From the NCBI GenBank assembly GCA_018651605.1, contig JABIDS010000013.1, positions 717 through 64,716 of the forward strand: a stretch of 64,000 bases of DNA, written 5' to 3'. Position numbers and translations under genes: made by a program. The notes beneath the pieces are model-generated. The model searched no databases. It had not been told where the DNA came from and saw nothing but the letters and a program-made list of their open reading frames with translations. This DNA is from an archaeon (lineage in GTDB: Archaea; Nanobdellota; Nanobdellia; Pacearchaeales; GW2011-AR1). This document shows, piece after piece, positions 1 through 10,265 of this stretch. Each line of letters begins with the position of its first letter. Positions within the stretch are counted from its first letter, which is position 1.

Positions 1-2
1 AT

Positions 3-3000
3 AAAGCTGACCACACTACAGTAGGACAAACATATTCCACTTATAATGGGACTTCTACTACTGAGTTTGACAGCGTTATACCAAGCTCAGAACTAAATGG
101 GATAAGCAATTCAGACTATTTTGAAAATTATAATCATCAAGATGTCGACCGCTATAATTCTCATGGTAATGAAAGTAATAATTTAAATACTACTATCATG
201 TCAAGGGATGATGAAACAATATATCAATTTACAAATTGTGGACAGACTGGAAGGACAGGACCTTCTCAATCTCAAACTGATAATGCGTATGCAGGTACTT
301 CTTTAGATGGTGCTGTCACAGTTTCAGGTGGAATTCAAAGCTGGACAGTTCCTACTACAGGTGACTATACAATTGATTCATATGGAGCACAAGGAGGAGG
401 ACCGAATGGAGGACTAGGGGCATGGATGTCGGGAACTTTTCCCCTGACAGCAGGGCAAACAATAAAAGTATTAGTTGGTCAAATGGGATCATATTCTGCA
501 CCAATGACCACAGGGGGTGGAGGTAGTTTTGTAGCTACAAGTACTAATGCACCTATGATAGTTGCTGGAGGTGGAGGAGCTGCTAGCCAAGTAGGCAGTG
601 GTAATCAAAATGGTAATACAACTATTACTGGAGGGGTAGCTTATGGAGGATGGCCTGATGTTGGTCTTCAGACATATAATGCAGGTACTAGTGGTAATGG
701 AGGAGATGGATCTAGCGGCAGCGGAGGCGGAGGCGGAGGTGGAGGATTCTCTACAAACGGTAATGATGATGATGCATTTGGTTATTCCTTTTTAAATGGA
801 GGAGTTGGTGGTTCAGGAGGACTTTCTGGAGGCTTTGGTGGAGGTGGAGGCGCTCGTAATAATGGAAATAATTATTGGGGCGGTGGAGCTGGAGGAGGTT
901 ATTCTGGTGGAGGAGGAGGAGGTTGGAGTTCAGGAGGATGGGGTGGTGCGGGAGGTTCATATAATGATGGAACAGACCAAGATAATACTGAGGCATTTAA
1001 TCCTGGAGATGGATATGTTATTATAACTAAACTTGGTTCATCAAAAGGTGGAACAATTTCTATGGTTGAAGGAACAACTCCATTTTATACAACTGTTACA
1101 AATCCTTATAATTTGACATTAAATCAGGATGAGTCTTCTGTAATCACGTGGTTAGTGAATGCAACTGGAGATTTAAATATAACTCATGAATTTTTTATTT
1201 ATGCAAATAAAACTTCTTCTCAGTCTATTGGGGCCATTACTAATATTTGGAATGTTACAACTGTTGATGCTCCTGAGACAACTCCTCCTACATTGAGCAT
1301 TGTTACTCCGACTAATAATTCCAATTATTCTGATAATGGATTGAATATTAATTATACTTTTGGAGATTCTGTTTATTGTTGGTATTCTAATGATAGTTAT
1401 TCTGTGAATAATTCGTTGAGTAGTTGTGAAAATATAACTTCTGTTGTTTGGAGTGAGGGGACACATAATTTAACAATCTGGGCAAATGATAGTTTGAATA
1501 ATGTTGCTAGTACTTTTGTTTCATTTACAATTGATAGTGTTAAACCTTTGATTAATGTTATTAGTCCTGTTAATGGAGCGAATAGTTCTAATAAGGGGTT
1601 GAATGTTAATTATACTTTTGTTGGTGTAAGTAATTGTTGGTATTCTAATGATAGTTATTCTAAGAATACTACTCTTGCTGGTTGTGGGAATATTACTTCT
1701 GTTGTTTGGAGTGAAGGACAGCATAATGTTAGTGTTTGGGTGAACGATAGTGCTGGAAATGTTAATTCTTCTAGTGTCAGTTTTACCATTGATAGTGTTA
1801 CTCCTTTAGTTAATGTTGTTAGTCCTGCAAATGAAACTAATAGTTCTGATAATGGATTGGATGTTAATTATACTTATTCTGATTTGAATGTTGATGAGTG
1901 TTGGTATTCTAATGATAGTTACGCTGTTAATACTTCTTTGGTTTGTGGTGTGAATATAACTTCTGTTGTTTGGAGTGAAGGACAGCATAATGTTAGTGTT
2001 TGGGTGAACGATAGTGCTGGAAATGTTAATTCTTCTAGTGTTAGTTTTACAATTGATACAATTAACCCTCAGGTTAATATTATTTTTCCATTAAATAATT
2101 TAGATTATTCTAAAAATAATTTGAATGTTAATTTTACTTATTTAGATATTAATTTGGATGAATGTTGGTATTCTAATGATTCAATGAGTGTTAATAATTC
2201 TTTGAGTAGTTGTGAGAATATAACTTCTGTTGTTTGGAGTGAAGGACAGCATAATGTTAGTGTTTGGGTGAACGATAGTGCTGGAAATATTAATTCTTCT
2301 AGTGTTGGTTTTACAATTGATTCTCTTGCCCCAAATATTACCTCAATAACTCCTGTTAATGATAGTGCTACGAATAATTCTCAAGTTAATTTTTTTGCAA
2401 ATATTGAAGATTCAGGTGTTGGAATTGATAATGCTACACTTTCAATTTATAATGAAACTGGATTATATCAGGAAACTTTTGTTGAAGTTGGAAATGTTGC
2501 AAGCACAACTATAGGAGTAGTTGTTGTACTTACTGAAGGAATTTATACCTGGTTTTGGACAGTTATTGATGTTGTAGCTAATGTGATTACTTCTCAAAAT
2601 CAAACTACTGGGCCTGGTGGAAATTATACTGTTACTTATGATGCAACTGATCCTGCAATAAATATCTCTCTTCCTTATGATGGTTATCAAACTTCTGATC
2701 CTACTCCTGAAGTTAAATTCATTATAACTGATAATATTTTCACAAATATTAATTATTCAGTTTATATTGATAATGCGATTGTTAATCACTCTGGAGATGG
2801 AATAGCATTAAATAATACTGAAGAAATAATTATTATCACTTCTCGTTTAGAATTAGGGCAACATAACCTCAGTGTTCAGGCAAATGATTCTGCTGGAAAC
2901 TTAATAACTTCAAATATAATTAATATGACTATTGTTCCTCCTACTGTTTATCTTAGAAGTCCTACTTATAATGAATATCTTAATGATGTTAATGTTTCTC

Positions 3001-6000
3001 TTGAATTTGATGTTACAGATCCTTCTTATGAAACTTTAAATTGTTCAATGTATTTTGATGGAGTAATTAATCAAACTAAGAATTCCACTAGAAATATTTT
3101 AGATAGTTTTAATGTAAGTAATCTTGAGGATAAAAATAATTATAATTGGACTGTTCATTGTTTTAATGAAGTGGATGCTTATTCAAATGATACTTTTATT
3201 TTTAATGTAGATACTATTAATCCGTTGGTTAGTGTTGTTAGTCCTGCTAATTTAAGTAATAGTTCTAATGATGGATTAAATATAAGTTATACTCGTTCTG
3301 ACTTGAATTTGGATTCTTGTTGGTATTCTAATGATAGTTATGCTGTTAATATTTCCTTAGGTAATAATGGGAATTGTACAAATATAACTTCAGTTATTTG
3401 GACAGAAGGTATGCATAATATTACTATTTGGACAAATGATTCTGCTGGAAATGAAAATGATTCTTTGGTAAGTTTTACTATTGATACAATTTTGCCTAAT
3501 GCAACTTTGCTTGCTCCAGAAAATACAAGTTATAATTCTACAACATCTCAAAACTTCACAGTTAATTTAACAGATAATTTGGGACTTAAAAATGCAACTT
3601 TGAATATTTATAATTCTTCTGGGAACTTAGTGAATCAAACAACAACTAGTTTTTTTGGAAATGTTTTGAAATATACTTTAGGTGTTGTAGTGGTTTTAAC
3701 TGATGGTGTTTATGATTGGTTTTATGATGTGTTTGATATTGCTAATAATAATTTTTTAACTGAGAATAATACAATTACAATTGATACTATTAATACTTTG
3801 ATTAATGTTGTTAGTCCTGCTAACGGGACTAATAGTTCAGATACAGGATTGGATGTTAATTATACTTATTCAGATACTAATTTAGATGAGTGTTGGTATA
3901 GTAATGATAGTTATGGTGTGAATACTAGTTTGACTTGTGGTGTGAATATTACTTCTGTTGTTTGGAGTGAAGGGCAGCATAATGTAATTGTTTGGGCAAA
4001 TGATAGTGCAGGGAATGTGAATAGTTCGTTTGTAAGTTTTACAATTGATACAATTACTCCTTTAGTTAGTGTGGTTAGTCCTGCTAATGGAACTAATAGT
4101 TCAGATACTGGATTGAATGTTAATTATACTTATTCTGATTTGAGTGTTGATGAGTGTTGGTATAGTAATGATAGTTATAGTGTGAATAGTTCTCTTGCTG
4201 ATTGTGAGAATATTACTTCAGTTGTTTGGAGTGAAGGGCAGCATAATGTAAGTATTTGGGTTAATGATAGTGCTGGAAATGTTAATAATTCTTTTGTTAG
4301 TTTTACAATTGATACAACTCCCCCTTACTTTACAACAATTCCTTCGAATACTACTATTGATTATCTTCAAGGATTTGGTGTTGATTTTGATGGGGCAGAT
4401 AGTTTTGCGTTTGGGAATTATAGTATTAATTGGACAAATACTTTTAGTATTAATTCTTCAGGATGGTTAATTAATTCAAGTGCTAATTTGGCTGTTGGAA
4501 ATTATGGTATAAATGTTTCTATAAATGATAGTGTTGGTAATGAAAATTCTACTTTCTATAATGTTGTTGTTAATCCAATTACTGTTGGACTGATGATGAT
4601 ATTTAATCAAAGCAATAATGTTAGTTATGGTACTGATGTGAATATTACTGGGGCTAATTGTCCGAGTCAATTAAATTGTTTGTTACATAGAAATGATAGT
4701 GGTGTTGTGCCTAATGCGCAGAATGTCAACCTTGGCGTTGGTGTTTATAATTATACTTATAATACTAGTGGAAATAATAATTATTCTAGTGAGAGTGCTT
4801 CATCAATATTTATTGTTAATCAGGTATCTTCTACTTTAAATTTAACTCTTAATTATACTCGTGGAAATGTTTACATTGAGAATGTTACAACTATTGATTT
4901 AAATTGTAGTATTATTTCCGGAGATGCTGGAGCAACCCTTAATTTGTATCGTAATGGAACTTTAATTAATTCAGGAATTTCTCCAATTGGAAATTCAACA
5001 GACTTTAATGATATTCAAGATGAGAATATAACCTGTATGTATGAGGATTCTCAAAATTATACTTCTTCATCTGAAACTTGGTGGGCATATGTTCGTTCTG
5101 TTGATAGGAGTGTTCCAGTGATTTCTATTGATTTGATTAATAATTCTTATTATCCAACAAATAGTTTAGCTATTAATTATTCTGTTGAAGATGAAAATGT
5201 TTCTTCTTGTTGGTATTCTAATGATAGTTATGCTTTGAATCGTTCTTTACTTGGTGTTAGTAGTTGTTTAAATATTACTGATGTTTCTTGGACTGAAGGG
5301 CAACATGATTTAACTATTTGGGCAAATGATTCTGTGGGGAATAATGGTAGTTCTTTAGTTTCTTTTTTCATAGATAGTATTAATCCTCTAATTTATTATG
5401 GTGTTGGAACTGAAGGAGATGGAGTTAAACTTACTAAGGATAATATTTATGTGAATGTTAGTGTAACGGAATTGAATGAAGTTAATATTACTTTTAATTT
5501 ATATTATTCTAATGGGACTTCTGTAAATAGTACCACTTATACTGATTCTAGTCGGGTGATAAATTGGACTGATTTGGCTGATGATAGTTATAAATTTAAT
5601 GTCACAGTTTATGATGATGCAAGTAATTCGAATTTAACTTTAACTAGGAGTGTTTCTACAGATAGTGTTATTCCGGGAATCTCGATTATTTCTCCTGCGA
5701 ATCAAACTTATGTAACTTCTTTAATTAATTTTAATATTGTTGCTAGTGAAAATTTGAGTTCATGTATTTTGAGCATGGATGATTGGGTTACAAATTATAG
5801 TATGAGTTTAAATTCTAGTTTGAATGGTGCTAGTTTTGTTGAGTCAAGTGTTTATGATGGGAGTTATGCTGCAAAGTTTTGGTGTGAAGATATTTCTGGA
5901 AATGTAAATAATAGTGAAAGTGTTGGTTTTAGAGTTGATACTGTTAATCCTGTTGTTAATATTGCGTTTCCTTTTGATAATGCTTATTTGAATTATAATG

Positions 6001-8090
6001 AGAGTATTTCATTTAATTATAGTATTGCTTCTAATGATACAGATACTTGTTGGTATTTTGTGGATGGAGGAAGTAATCAGACGATTGCTAGTTGTGCGAA
6101 TATTACTTTGGATTTATCTGAAGGAAATCATTTGGTTGAATTATGGTTAAACGATACTGCAAATCTTCGTGGAAGTGATAATGTTAATTTTACAATTGAT
6201 TTAACTGAACCTTGGATTGGTTTGATTAATCCTTCAAATGATAGTATGAATATGACTACAAATACTATAGACTTTTATTATAATGTTAGTGATACGAATT
6301 CAATTTCTAATTGTAGTTTGATAATTGAGGATTCAATTAATCAGAGTGTTGTTGGTCCTGGAAAAAATCAAGTGAATAATTTTAGTGTTTATCTCTTGAA
6401 TGGTAATTATGATTGGAGTGTTAATTGCACAGATATTGCAGGTAATGTTAATTCTTCTGAGGTTCGTGTTATTGAAGTAAATTATTCTACTGTTGTTGAT
6501 GATTCTGTTTTTGATGGAGGTTCTACGGATTTTGCTGAGAGAATAAATAATAGTGAACTGAGTAATATAACTAATTTGACATTAGGTAAAATAGCTTATG
6601 GGGATATTAATTTTTTGTATGGTGTGGATTTATCTGAAGACTTGGAAGACAATGTTTTAAATTTTACCAAATATGTTAATATTTCTTATAATCGTATTTA
6701 TGTTAATTCTAGTGCTTTGACAGGATTAAATAGTGATGCTAGGCTTAGATTGTTTAATTTGACTTTTACAAATCCTCAGATATTGAGAGATGATATTGTT
6801 TGCAGTGATTGTGTTGAGGAGAGTTACACTAATGGGACTTTGACTTTTAATGTTACTGGATTTTCAGTTTATTCTGCTAGGGAGACTCCTTCGGTTGTTG
6901 CACCTCCTGCAGCTTCTCCTTCGTCTGGAGGTGGAGGTTCTTCAAGTATAATTGAATGTAAGAAAAATTCTGATTGTAATGATGATTATAGTTGTTATGC
7001 TGGAAAATGTGTTAAGTTGTTTGATGTGGAAATAATTTTAATTAATCCTTTGATTGAGCATCTTAATTTTGAATTAGATTATTTGATAAAGGGTATGGCA
7101 GATATTAATAATGATGTTATTGTGGAATTTTGGATTGAGAATGATGGTGAAAAAGTAATGTTGGGTAAGGATACTATTTATCTTGGTAGTTTTGAGGAGA
7201 AGAGAAAGAAAACTAAGTTGAATCTTCCTGCTAGAATTCCTGATGGAGATTATGATTTGTATGTCCAATCTAGTTATGAAGGGTATAGTGCGCAATCATT
7301 TAGAAAGATTAATATTAGGGTTCCTGAAAAAGTCAGGCTTGAAGAAATGGGGCCTTTCTTTTCTCCAGGAGTAAGGGCTTATTTTAATGCTTATCTTTGG
7401 TTTTTTATTATTTTGTTGGGTTTGATAGTTGTAGCATTGTTAATGAAGAAAACTCGAGTGATTATTTTGAGTTGGTTGGTTTATATTAAAGAGAAGATTA
7501 AAAATCCAAGAATGCATGTTTCTTTCAAGGATACTATGCATGAAGAAGAAGATGAAGAAAAAGAATTGGAGGAAAGAGAGAAGATGGCGATTCAGAAGGT
7601 TGCTCAAAGAAAGAAAGAGATTTTGCCTGTTAGAGATATGCGTCCGTTTCCAATGCCTCGGGCAGGAGTTAATATTGGGAAATCTTTGATGTCTTTACCT
7701 GAAAATATAGTTCCTATTAAAAGTTTAGCTGGGAAAAAGGTTTATGGTGCTTCAGGTAATTTCATTGGAGTAATTGAAAAAGCTAATTTGGGTGAGAAAA
7801 GAATTACTGGTTGGATTATTAAGCCTAAGGATTCCTATAATATTCAGAAAAGTATTTGGATAAAACATGAGGCAGTTATAGAAATAAAAGATAAGTTTAT
7901 TGTAGATAAAAAAGTTGAAGATTATTTGGAGAGAATAAAGAAACCTGTTTTCCCTTCTGAAAAATATTCTCCTGATTTTATTAAAAAGAGAAACGAAATA
8001 ATAAGGCAGAGGAATTTGGATGAATTGAAGAAGAGATATGGTGGTGAGGAGGATTTTAGAAAAAGATATTGGAGTGGAGAGGGTTATTAG
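3..8090 (+). CDS. giant cell-surface protein, 5' end outside the window. Gly-rich N-terminal domain, at least 8 repeated ~88-aa Cys/Trp Ig-like modules, C-terminal TM helix and a PRC-barrel-like cytoplasmic tail
   Basis: The frame has no stop between nt 3 and the ATG at 198, so the N-terminus lies upstream. FTNCGQTGRTGP...WTVPTTGDYTIDSYGAQGGG plus long poly-Gly runs resemble the glycine-rich domain family (bacterial / ALK-LTK type). Modules of the form ...CWYSNDSY...ITSVVWSEGQHNVSVWVNDSAGN...SFTID recur. N-x-S/T sequons are very dense. The hydrophobic helix YLWFFIILLGLIVVALLM is followed by LAGKKVYGASGNFIGVIEKANLGEKRITGWIIKPK, which looks PRC-barrel-like. Confidence 0.8.
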   Translation, partial: KADHTTVGQTYSTYNGTSTTEFDSVIPSSELNGISNSDYFENYNHQDVDRYNSHGNESNNLNTTIMSRDDETIYQFTNCGQTGRTGPSQSQTDNAYAGTSLDGAVTVSGGIQSWTVPTTGDYTIDSYGAQGGGPNGGLGAWMSGTFPLTAGQTIKVLVGQMGSYSAPMTTGGGGSFVATSTNAPMIVAGGGGAASQVGSGNQNGNTTITGGVAYGGWPDVGLQTYNAGTSGNGGDGSSGSGGGGGGGGFSTNGNDDDAFGYSFLNGGVGGSGGLSGGFGGGGGARNNGNNYWGGGAGGGYSGGGGGGWSSGGWGGAGGSYNDGTDQDNTEAFNPGDGYVIITKLGSSKGGTISMVEGTTPFYTTVTNPYNLTLNQDESSVITWLVNATGDLNITHEFFIYANKTSSQSIGAITNIWNVTTVDAPETTPPTLSIVTPTNNSNYSDNGLNINYTFGDSVYCWYSNDSYSVNNSLSSCENITSVVWSEGTHNLTIWANDSLNNVASTFVSFTIDSVKPLINVISPVNGANSSNKGLNVNYTFVGVSNCWYSNDSYSKNTTLAGCGNITSVVWSEGQHNVSVWVNDSAGNVNSSSVSFTIDSVTPLVNVVSPANETNSSDNGLDVNYTYSDLNVDECWYSNDSYAVNTSLVCGVNITSVVWSEGQHNVSVWVNDSAGNVNSSSVSFTIDTINPQVNIIFPLNNLDYSKNNLNVNFTYLDINLDECWYSNDSMSVNNSLSSCENITSVVWSEGQHNVSVWVNDSAGNINSSSVGFTIDSLAPNITSITPVNDSATNNSQVNFFANIEDSGVGIDNATLSIYNETGLYQETFVEVGNVASTTIGVVVVLTEGIYTWFWTVIDVVANVITSQNQTTGPGGNYTVTYDATDPAINISLPYDGYQTSDPTPEVKFIITDNIFTNINYSVYIDNAIVNHSGDGIALNNTEEIIIITSRLELGQHNLSVQANDSAGNLITSNIINMTIVPPTVYLRSPTYNEYLNDVNVSLEFDVTDPSYETLNCSMYFDGVINQTKNSTRNILDSFNVSNLEDKNNYNWTVHCFNEVDAYSNDTFIFNVDTINPLVSVVSPANLSNSSNDGLNISYTRSDLNLDSCWYSNDSYAVNISLGNNGNCTNITSVIWTEGMHNITIWTNDSAGNENDSLVSFTIDTILPNATLLAPENTSYNSTTSQNFTVNLTDNLGLKNATLNIYNSSGNLVNQTTTSFFGNVLKYTLGVVVVLTDGVYDWFYDVFDIANNNFLTENNTITIDTINTLINVVSPANGTNSSDTGLDVNYTYSDTNLDECWYSNDSYGVNTSLTCGVNITSVVWSEGQHNVIVWANDSAGNVNSSFVSFTIDTITPLVSVVSPANGTNSSDTGLNVNYTYSDLSVDECWYSNDSYSVNSSLADCENITSVVWSEGQHNVSIWVNDSAGNVNNSFVSFTIDTTPPYFTTIPSNTTIDYLQGFGVDFDGADSFAFGNYSINWTNTFSINSSGWLINSSANLAVGNYGINVSINDSVGNENSTFYNVVVNPITVGLMMIFNQSNNVSYGTDVNITGANCPSQLNCLLHRNDSGVVPNAQNVNLGVGVYNYTYNTSGNNNYSSESASSIFIVNQVSSTLNLTLNYTRGNVYIENVTTIDLNCSIISGDAGATLNLYRNGTLINSGISPIGNSTDFNDIQDENITCMYEDSQNYTSSSETWWAYVRSVDRSVPVISIDLINNSYYPTNSLAINYSVEDENVSSCWYSNDSYALNRSLLGVSSCLNITDVSWTEGQHDLTIWANDSVGNNGSSLVSFFIDSINPLIYYGVGTEGDGVKLTKDNIYVNVSVTELNEVNITFNLYYSNGTSVNSTTYTDSSRVINWTDLADDSYKFNVTVYDDASNSNLTLTRSVSTDSVIPGISIISPANQTYVTSLINFNIVASENLSSCILSMDDWVTNYSMSLNSSLNGASFVESSVYDGSYAAKFWCEDISGNVNNSESVGFRVDTVNPVVNIAFPFDNAYLNYNESISFNYSIASNDTDTCWYFVDGGSNQTIASCANITLDLSEGNHLVELWLNDTANLRGSDNVNFTIDLTEPWIGLINPSNDSMNMTTNTIDFYYNVSDTNSISNCSLIIEDSINQSVVGPGKNQVNNFSVYLLNGNYDWSVNCTDIAGNVNSSEVRVIEVNYSTVVDDSVFDGGSTDFAERINNSELSNITNLTLGKIAYGDINFLYGVDLSEDLEDNVLNFTKYVNISYNRIYVNSSALTGLNSDARLRLFNLTFTNPQILRDDIVCSDCVEESYTNGTLTFNVTGFSVYSARETPSVVAPPAASPSSGGGGSSSIIECKKNSDCNDDYSCYAGKCVKLFDVEIILINPLIEHLNFELDYLIKGMADINNDVIVEFWIENDGEKVMLGKDTIYLGSFEEKRKKTKLNLPARIPDGDYDLYVQSSYEGYSAQSFRKINIRVPEKVRLEEMGPFFSPGVRAYFNAYLWFFIILLGLIVVALLMKKTRVIILSWLVYIKEKIKNPRMHVSFKDTMHEEEDEEKELEEREKMAIQKVAQRKKEILPVRDMRPFPMPRAGVNIGKSLMSLPENIVPIKSLAGKKVYGASGNFIGVIEKANLGEKRITGWIIKPKDSYNIQKSIWIKHEAVIEIKDKFIVDKKVEDYLERIKKPVFPSEKYSPDFIKKRNEIIRQRNLDELKKRYGGEEDFRKRYWSGEGY
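1279..2335 (+). repeat. four tandem ~264-nt (88-aa) coding repeat units inside the giant gene
   Basis: The period is exactly 264 nt. The 83-nt core acttctgttgtttggagtgaaggacagcataatgttagtgtttgggtgaacgatagtgctggaaatgttaattcttctagtgt is identical at 1695-1777 and 1959-2041 and has 1 mismatch at 2223-2305. Confidence 0.9.
3781..4310 (+). repeat. two further tandem 264-nt units of the same module family
   Basis: attgata..attaat/act...gttagtcctgctaa.gg.actaatagttcagata..ggattg.atgttaattatacttattc.gat recurs at about 3781 and about 4045. The protein motifs VSPANGTNSSDTGL(D/N)VNYTYSD...ECWYSNDSY match. Confidence 0.8.
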
Positions 8091-8141
8091 TGAAGGTTTA
8101 AATAAGTTATTTTTGTTTTAATTACATGAAAAATAAGAATA

Positions 8142-8669
8142 ATGAAAATTTTTGAAATTTTCAAACCTTTATTTTTCCTGGATGGAGATATGAAAAATAA
8201 AAACGTAGGATATTTGATTTGTGGGATGGCTTTTGTAATTTTTATAATTATATTTATATTCAATAATGGTATGAAAGATATTGTTAGTGAGACATGTAGT
8301 CATGGTCCTAGTTGTTCTATGTATGGGACGATTACATTGCAGACACAGATAAGTATGGCTATTGCTGGTTTGGTTTTGGTAATTGGTTTGTTTTTGATTT
8401 TTGCTAAGGAAGAGGAGAGGATTGTTGTTAAGAGGGTTAAGGTTGGTAATCGTAAGAAAAAATTGGATTTGTCTGGGTTGGATGGAGATGAGAAGGAGAT
8501 TGTTAAGTTGCTTTCTAGTGAAGGTGGTGGAATGTTTCAAGCTTCGTTGATGGAGAAATTGGATATTGGAAAAGTTAAGGTTACAAGGTTGTTGGATAAG
8601 TTGGAGGCGAAGGGATTTGTTGAGAGGAAAAGAAGAGGGATGAATAATTTTGTTGTGCTAAAGAATTGA
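8142..8669 (+). CDS. membrane-anchored winged-helix (MarR/ArsR-like) transcriptional regulator
   Basis: Two hydrophobic helices are followed by DGDEKEIVKLLSSEGGGMFQASLMEKLDIGKVKVTRLLDKLEAKGFVERKRRG, a typical wHTH recognition helix plus wing. It lies directly upstream of the metal-handling genes. Confidence 0.6.
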   Translation: MKIFEIFKPLFFLDGDMKNKNVGYLICGMAFVIFIIIFIFNNGMKDIVSETCSHGPSCSMYGTITLQTQISMAIAGLVLVIGLFLIFAKEEERIVVKRVKVGNRKKKLDLSGLDGDEKEIVKLLSSEGGGMFQASLMEKLDIGKVKVTRLLDKLEAKGFVERKRRGMNNFVVLKN

Positions 8670-8717
8670 AACTAGTTTCACCAAAGTGGTTATAAAGAAT
8701 TGATTTTTAGATTTGTC

Positions 8718-10235
8718 ATGGTTAAAAAAGAATTTAAAATTAAAGGTATGACATGTAATTCGTGTGCTTCTATTATTGAAGATGGTTTGAAGAATTTTGT
8801 TAAAGGAGTTGATGTTAATTTTTCTAATGGGGTTGCTAGTGTTTATTTTGATGAGGCTGCACCTGGAGGTGTACCCTCTGAGGGCAAAATAAGTGAGGAA
8901 GAGATTGTTAAGAAGATTGAAGAGATGGGTTATAGTGTTGTTAATGGGGATAATGTTTCTGAAAATAGTAATGATTCTAAAATTGATTTTCTTCCATGGA
9001 TTATATTAATAGGAAGTGTTGGAGTGTTATTGTATGTTATTTATAATTCTTTTTTAAGTGGTTTGGATCTTGGGATTCCTGAGGCTGGGGAAAGTGGTAG
9101 TTTGATTTTGTTGTTTTTTGTTGGAATTTTGACAGGATTTCATTGTATTTCAATGTGCGGAGGTTTTGTTGTTTCATATACAACTAAGAATGCGATGAAA
9201 GGGCATAAGAGTTTTATGCAACATTTTGTTTATGGAGGTTCTAGGGTTTTATCTTATGCTATTATTGGGGGATTGTTTGGTTTGATTGGAGGAGTTATTG
9301 CTTTTAGTGTTGGTTTGCGTGGTTGGATTGCTATTTTTGCTGGAGTGTTTATGATATTTTACTCTATGAGTATGTTTGGATTTAAATGGTTTAGAAGGTT
9401 TCAGTTTAATCCTAAATTTTTGACTAAGTTTAATTCTAGAGTATCTAAAAATACTAAAGGTGTTTTTATGGCTCCTTTAGTTACAGGTTTGTTGAGTGGT
9501 TTGTTTATTGCATGTGGGCCTTTGCAAGCAATGTATTTGTATGCAATGGGTAGTGGGAATTTTGTTAGTGGGTTTTTGAGTTTAGGTGTTTTTGGTTTGG
9601 GAACTTTGCCTGTGATGATTGGATTTGGAAGTTTTGCAACTGTTATTAGTCATAAAGCTACGAAAAGGATTTTGAAAATTTCTGCTATTTTGGTTTTGAT
9701 TTTAGGTTTGATTATGTTGAATAGGGGATTGTTAGTTATTGGAAGTGATTATAGTTATGAGGCTATTAAGGCTAAAGTTGTTGGTGTTGAAGGTGTTGCA
9801 GGAGAAGTTCGGATAGAGGGAGGTTATCAAATTATTGATATGGAAGTTACGCGAAGTGGTTGGAATCCTGATGTGTTTGTTTTGAAAAAAGGAGTTCCTG
9901 TTAAATGGAATATTGATGTTAAAGAATTGACTGGCTGCAATAATGAAATTATTGTTGGAGATTATAATTTAGATATTAAGTTGAAGAAAGGAATGAATGT
10001 TGTGGAGTTTACTCCTGATAAAAGTGGGAATGTTCAGTGGAGTTGTTGGATGGGAATGATTCCTGGAAGTTTTGTTGTGACTGATGATGGTAGTGCGAGT
10101 GCTTCTCAGATTACTGGGGCTGTTGTTTCTGGTTCTGGTTCTGGTGGAGGATGTGGTGGTGGTGCAGATGGTGGAGGTTGCGGGAGTCCGACGTGTGGTG
10201 GTTCAAGTGGTGGTGGGTGTGGGTGTGGTGGATAG
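8718..10235 (+). CDS. heavy-metal-associated (HMA) domain / multi-pass permease / cupredoxin-like domain fusion with a Gly/Cys-rich C-terminal tail
   Basis: GMTCNSCASIIEDGL is an HMA CxxC motif. It is followed by about 6 TM helices (GFHCISMCGGF, ACGPLQAMY), then a cupredoxin-like block (WNPDVFVLKKGVPVKWNIDV...CNNEIIV...WSCWMGMIPGSFVV), then the tail GGGCGGGADGGGCGSPTCGGSSGGGCGCGG. An alternative ATG at 8700 adds 6 aa. Confidence 0.7.
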   Translation: MVKKEFKIKGMTCNSCASIIEDGLKNFVKGVDVNFSNGVASVYFDEAAPGGVPSEGKISEEEIVKKIEEMGYSVVNGDNVSENSNDSKIDFLPWIILIGSVGVLLYVIYNSFLSGLDLGIPEAGESGSLILLFFVGILTGFHCISMCGGFVVSYTTKNAMKGHKSFMQHFVYGGSRVLSYAIIGGLFGLIGGVIAFSVGLRGWIAIFAGVFMIFYSMSMFGFKWFRRFQFNPKFLTKFNSRVSKNTKGVFMAPLVTGLLSGLFIACGPLQAMYLYAMGSGNFVSGFLSLGVFGLGTLPVMIGFGSFATVISHKATKRILKISAILVLILGLIMLNRGLLVIGSDYSYEAIKAKVVGVEGVAGEVRIEGGYQIIDMEVTRSGWNPDVFVLKKGVPVKWNIDVKELTGCNNEIIVGDYNLDIKLKKGMNVVEFTPDKSGNVQWSCWMGMIPGSFVVTDDGSASASQITGAVVSGSGSGGGCGGGADGGGCGSPTCGGSSGGGCGCGG

Positions 10236-10265
10236 ATTTAAATTAAATAAAATGGTTATTATATT

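Noticed and set aside
1279-4310. Regularly spaced repeats that might suggest a CRISPR array.
   Set aside because: The period is 264 nt, the repeats are in frame within one long ORF, and the 'spacers' are homologous protein-module sequence. No short 25-40-nt repeat/spacer architecture exists anywhere in the window.
751-7295. Many 60-100-aa ORFs on the minus strand or in alternative frames inside the first giant gene (for example 751-996, 1173-1466, 4264-4470, 7074-7295). There are similar ones inside the second giant gene (29356-29547, 30193-30414, 31606-31797, 32121-32312).
   Set aside because: They are shadow ORFs of a long, repeat-rich, stop-poor coding region. They translate to low-complexity I/N/R/S-rich strings and have no start context. 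The long + frame has clear domain structure.
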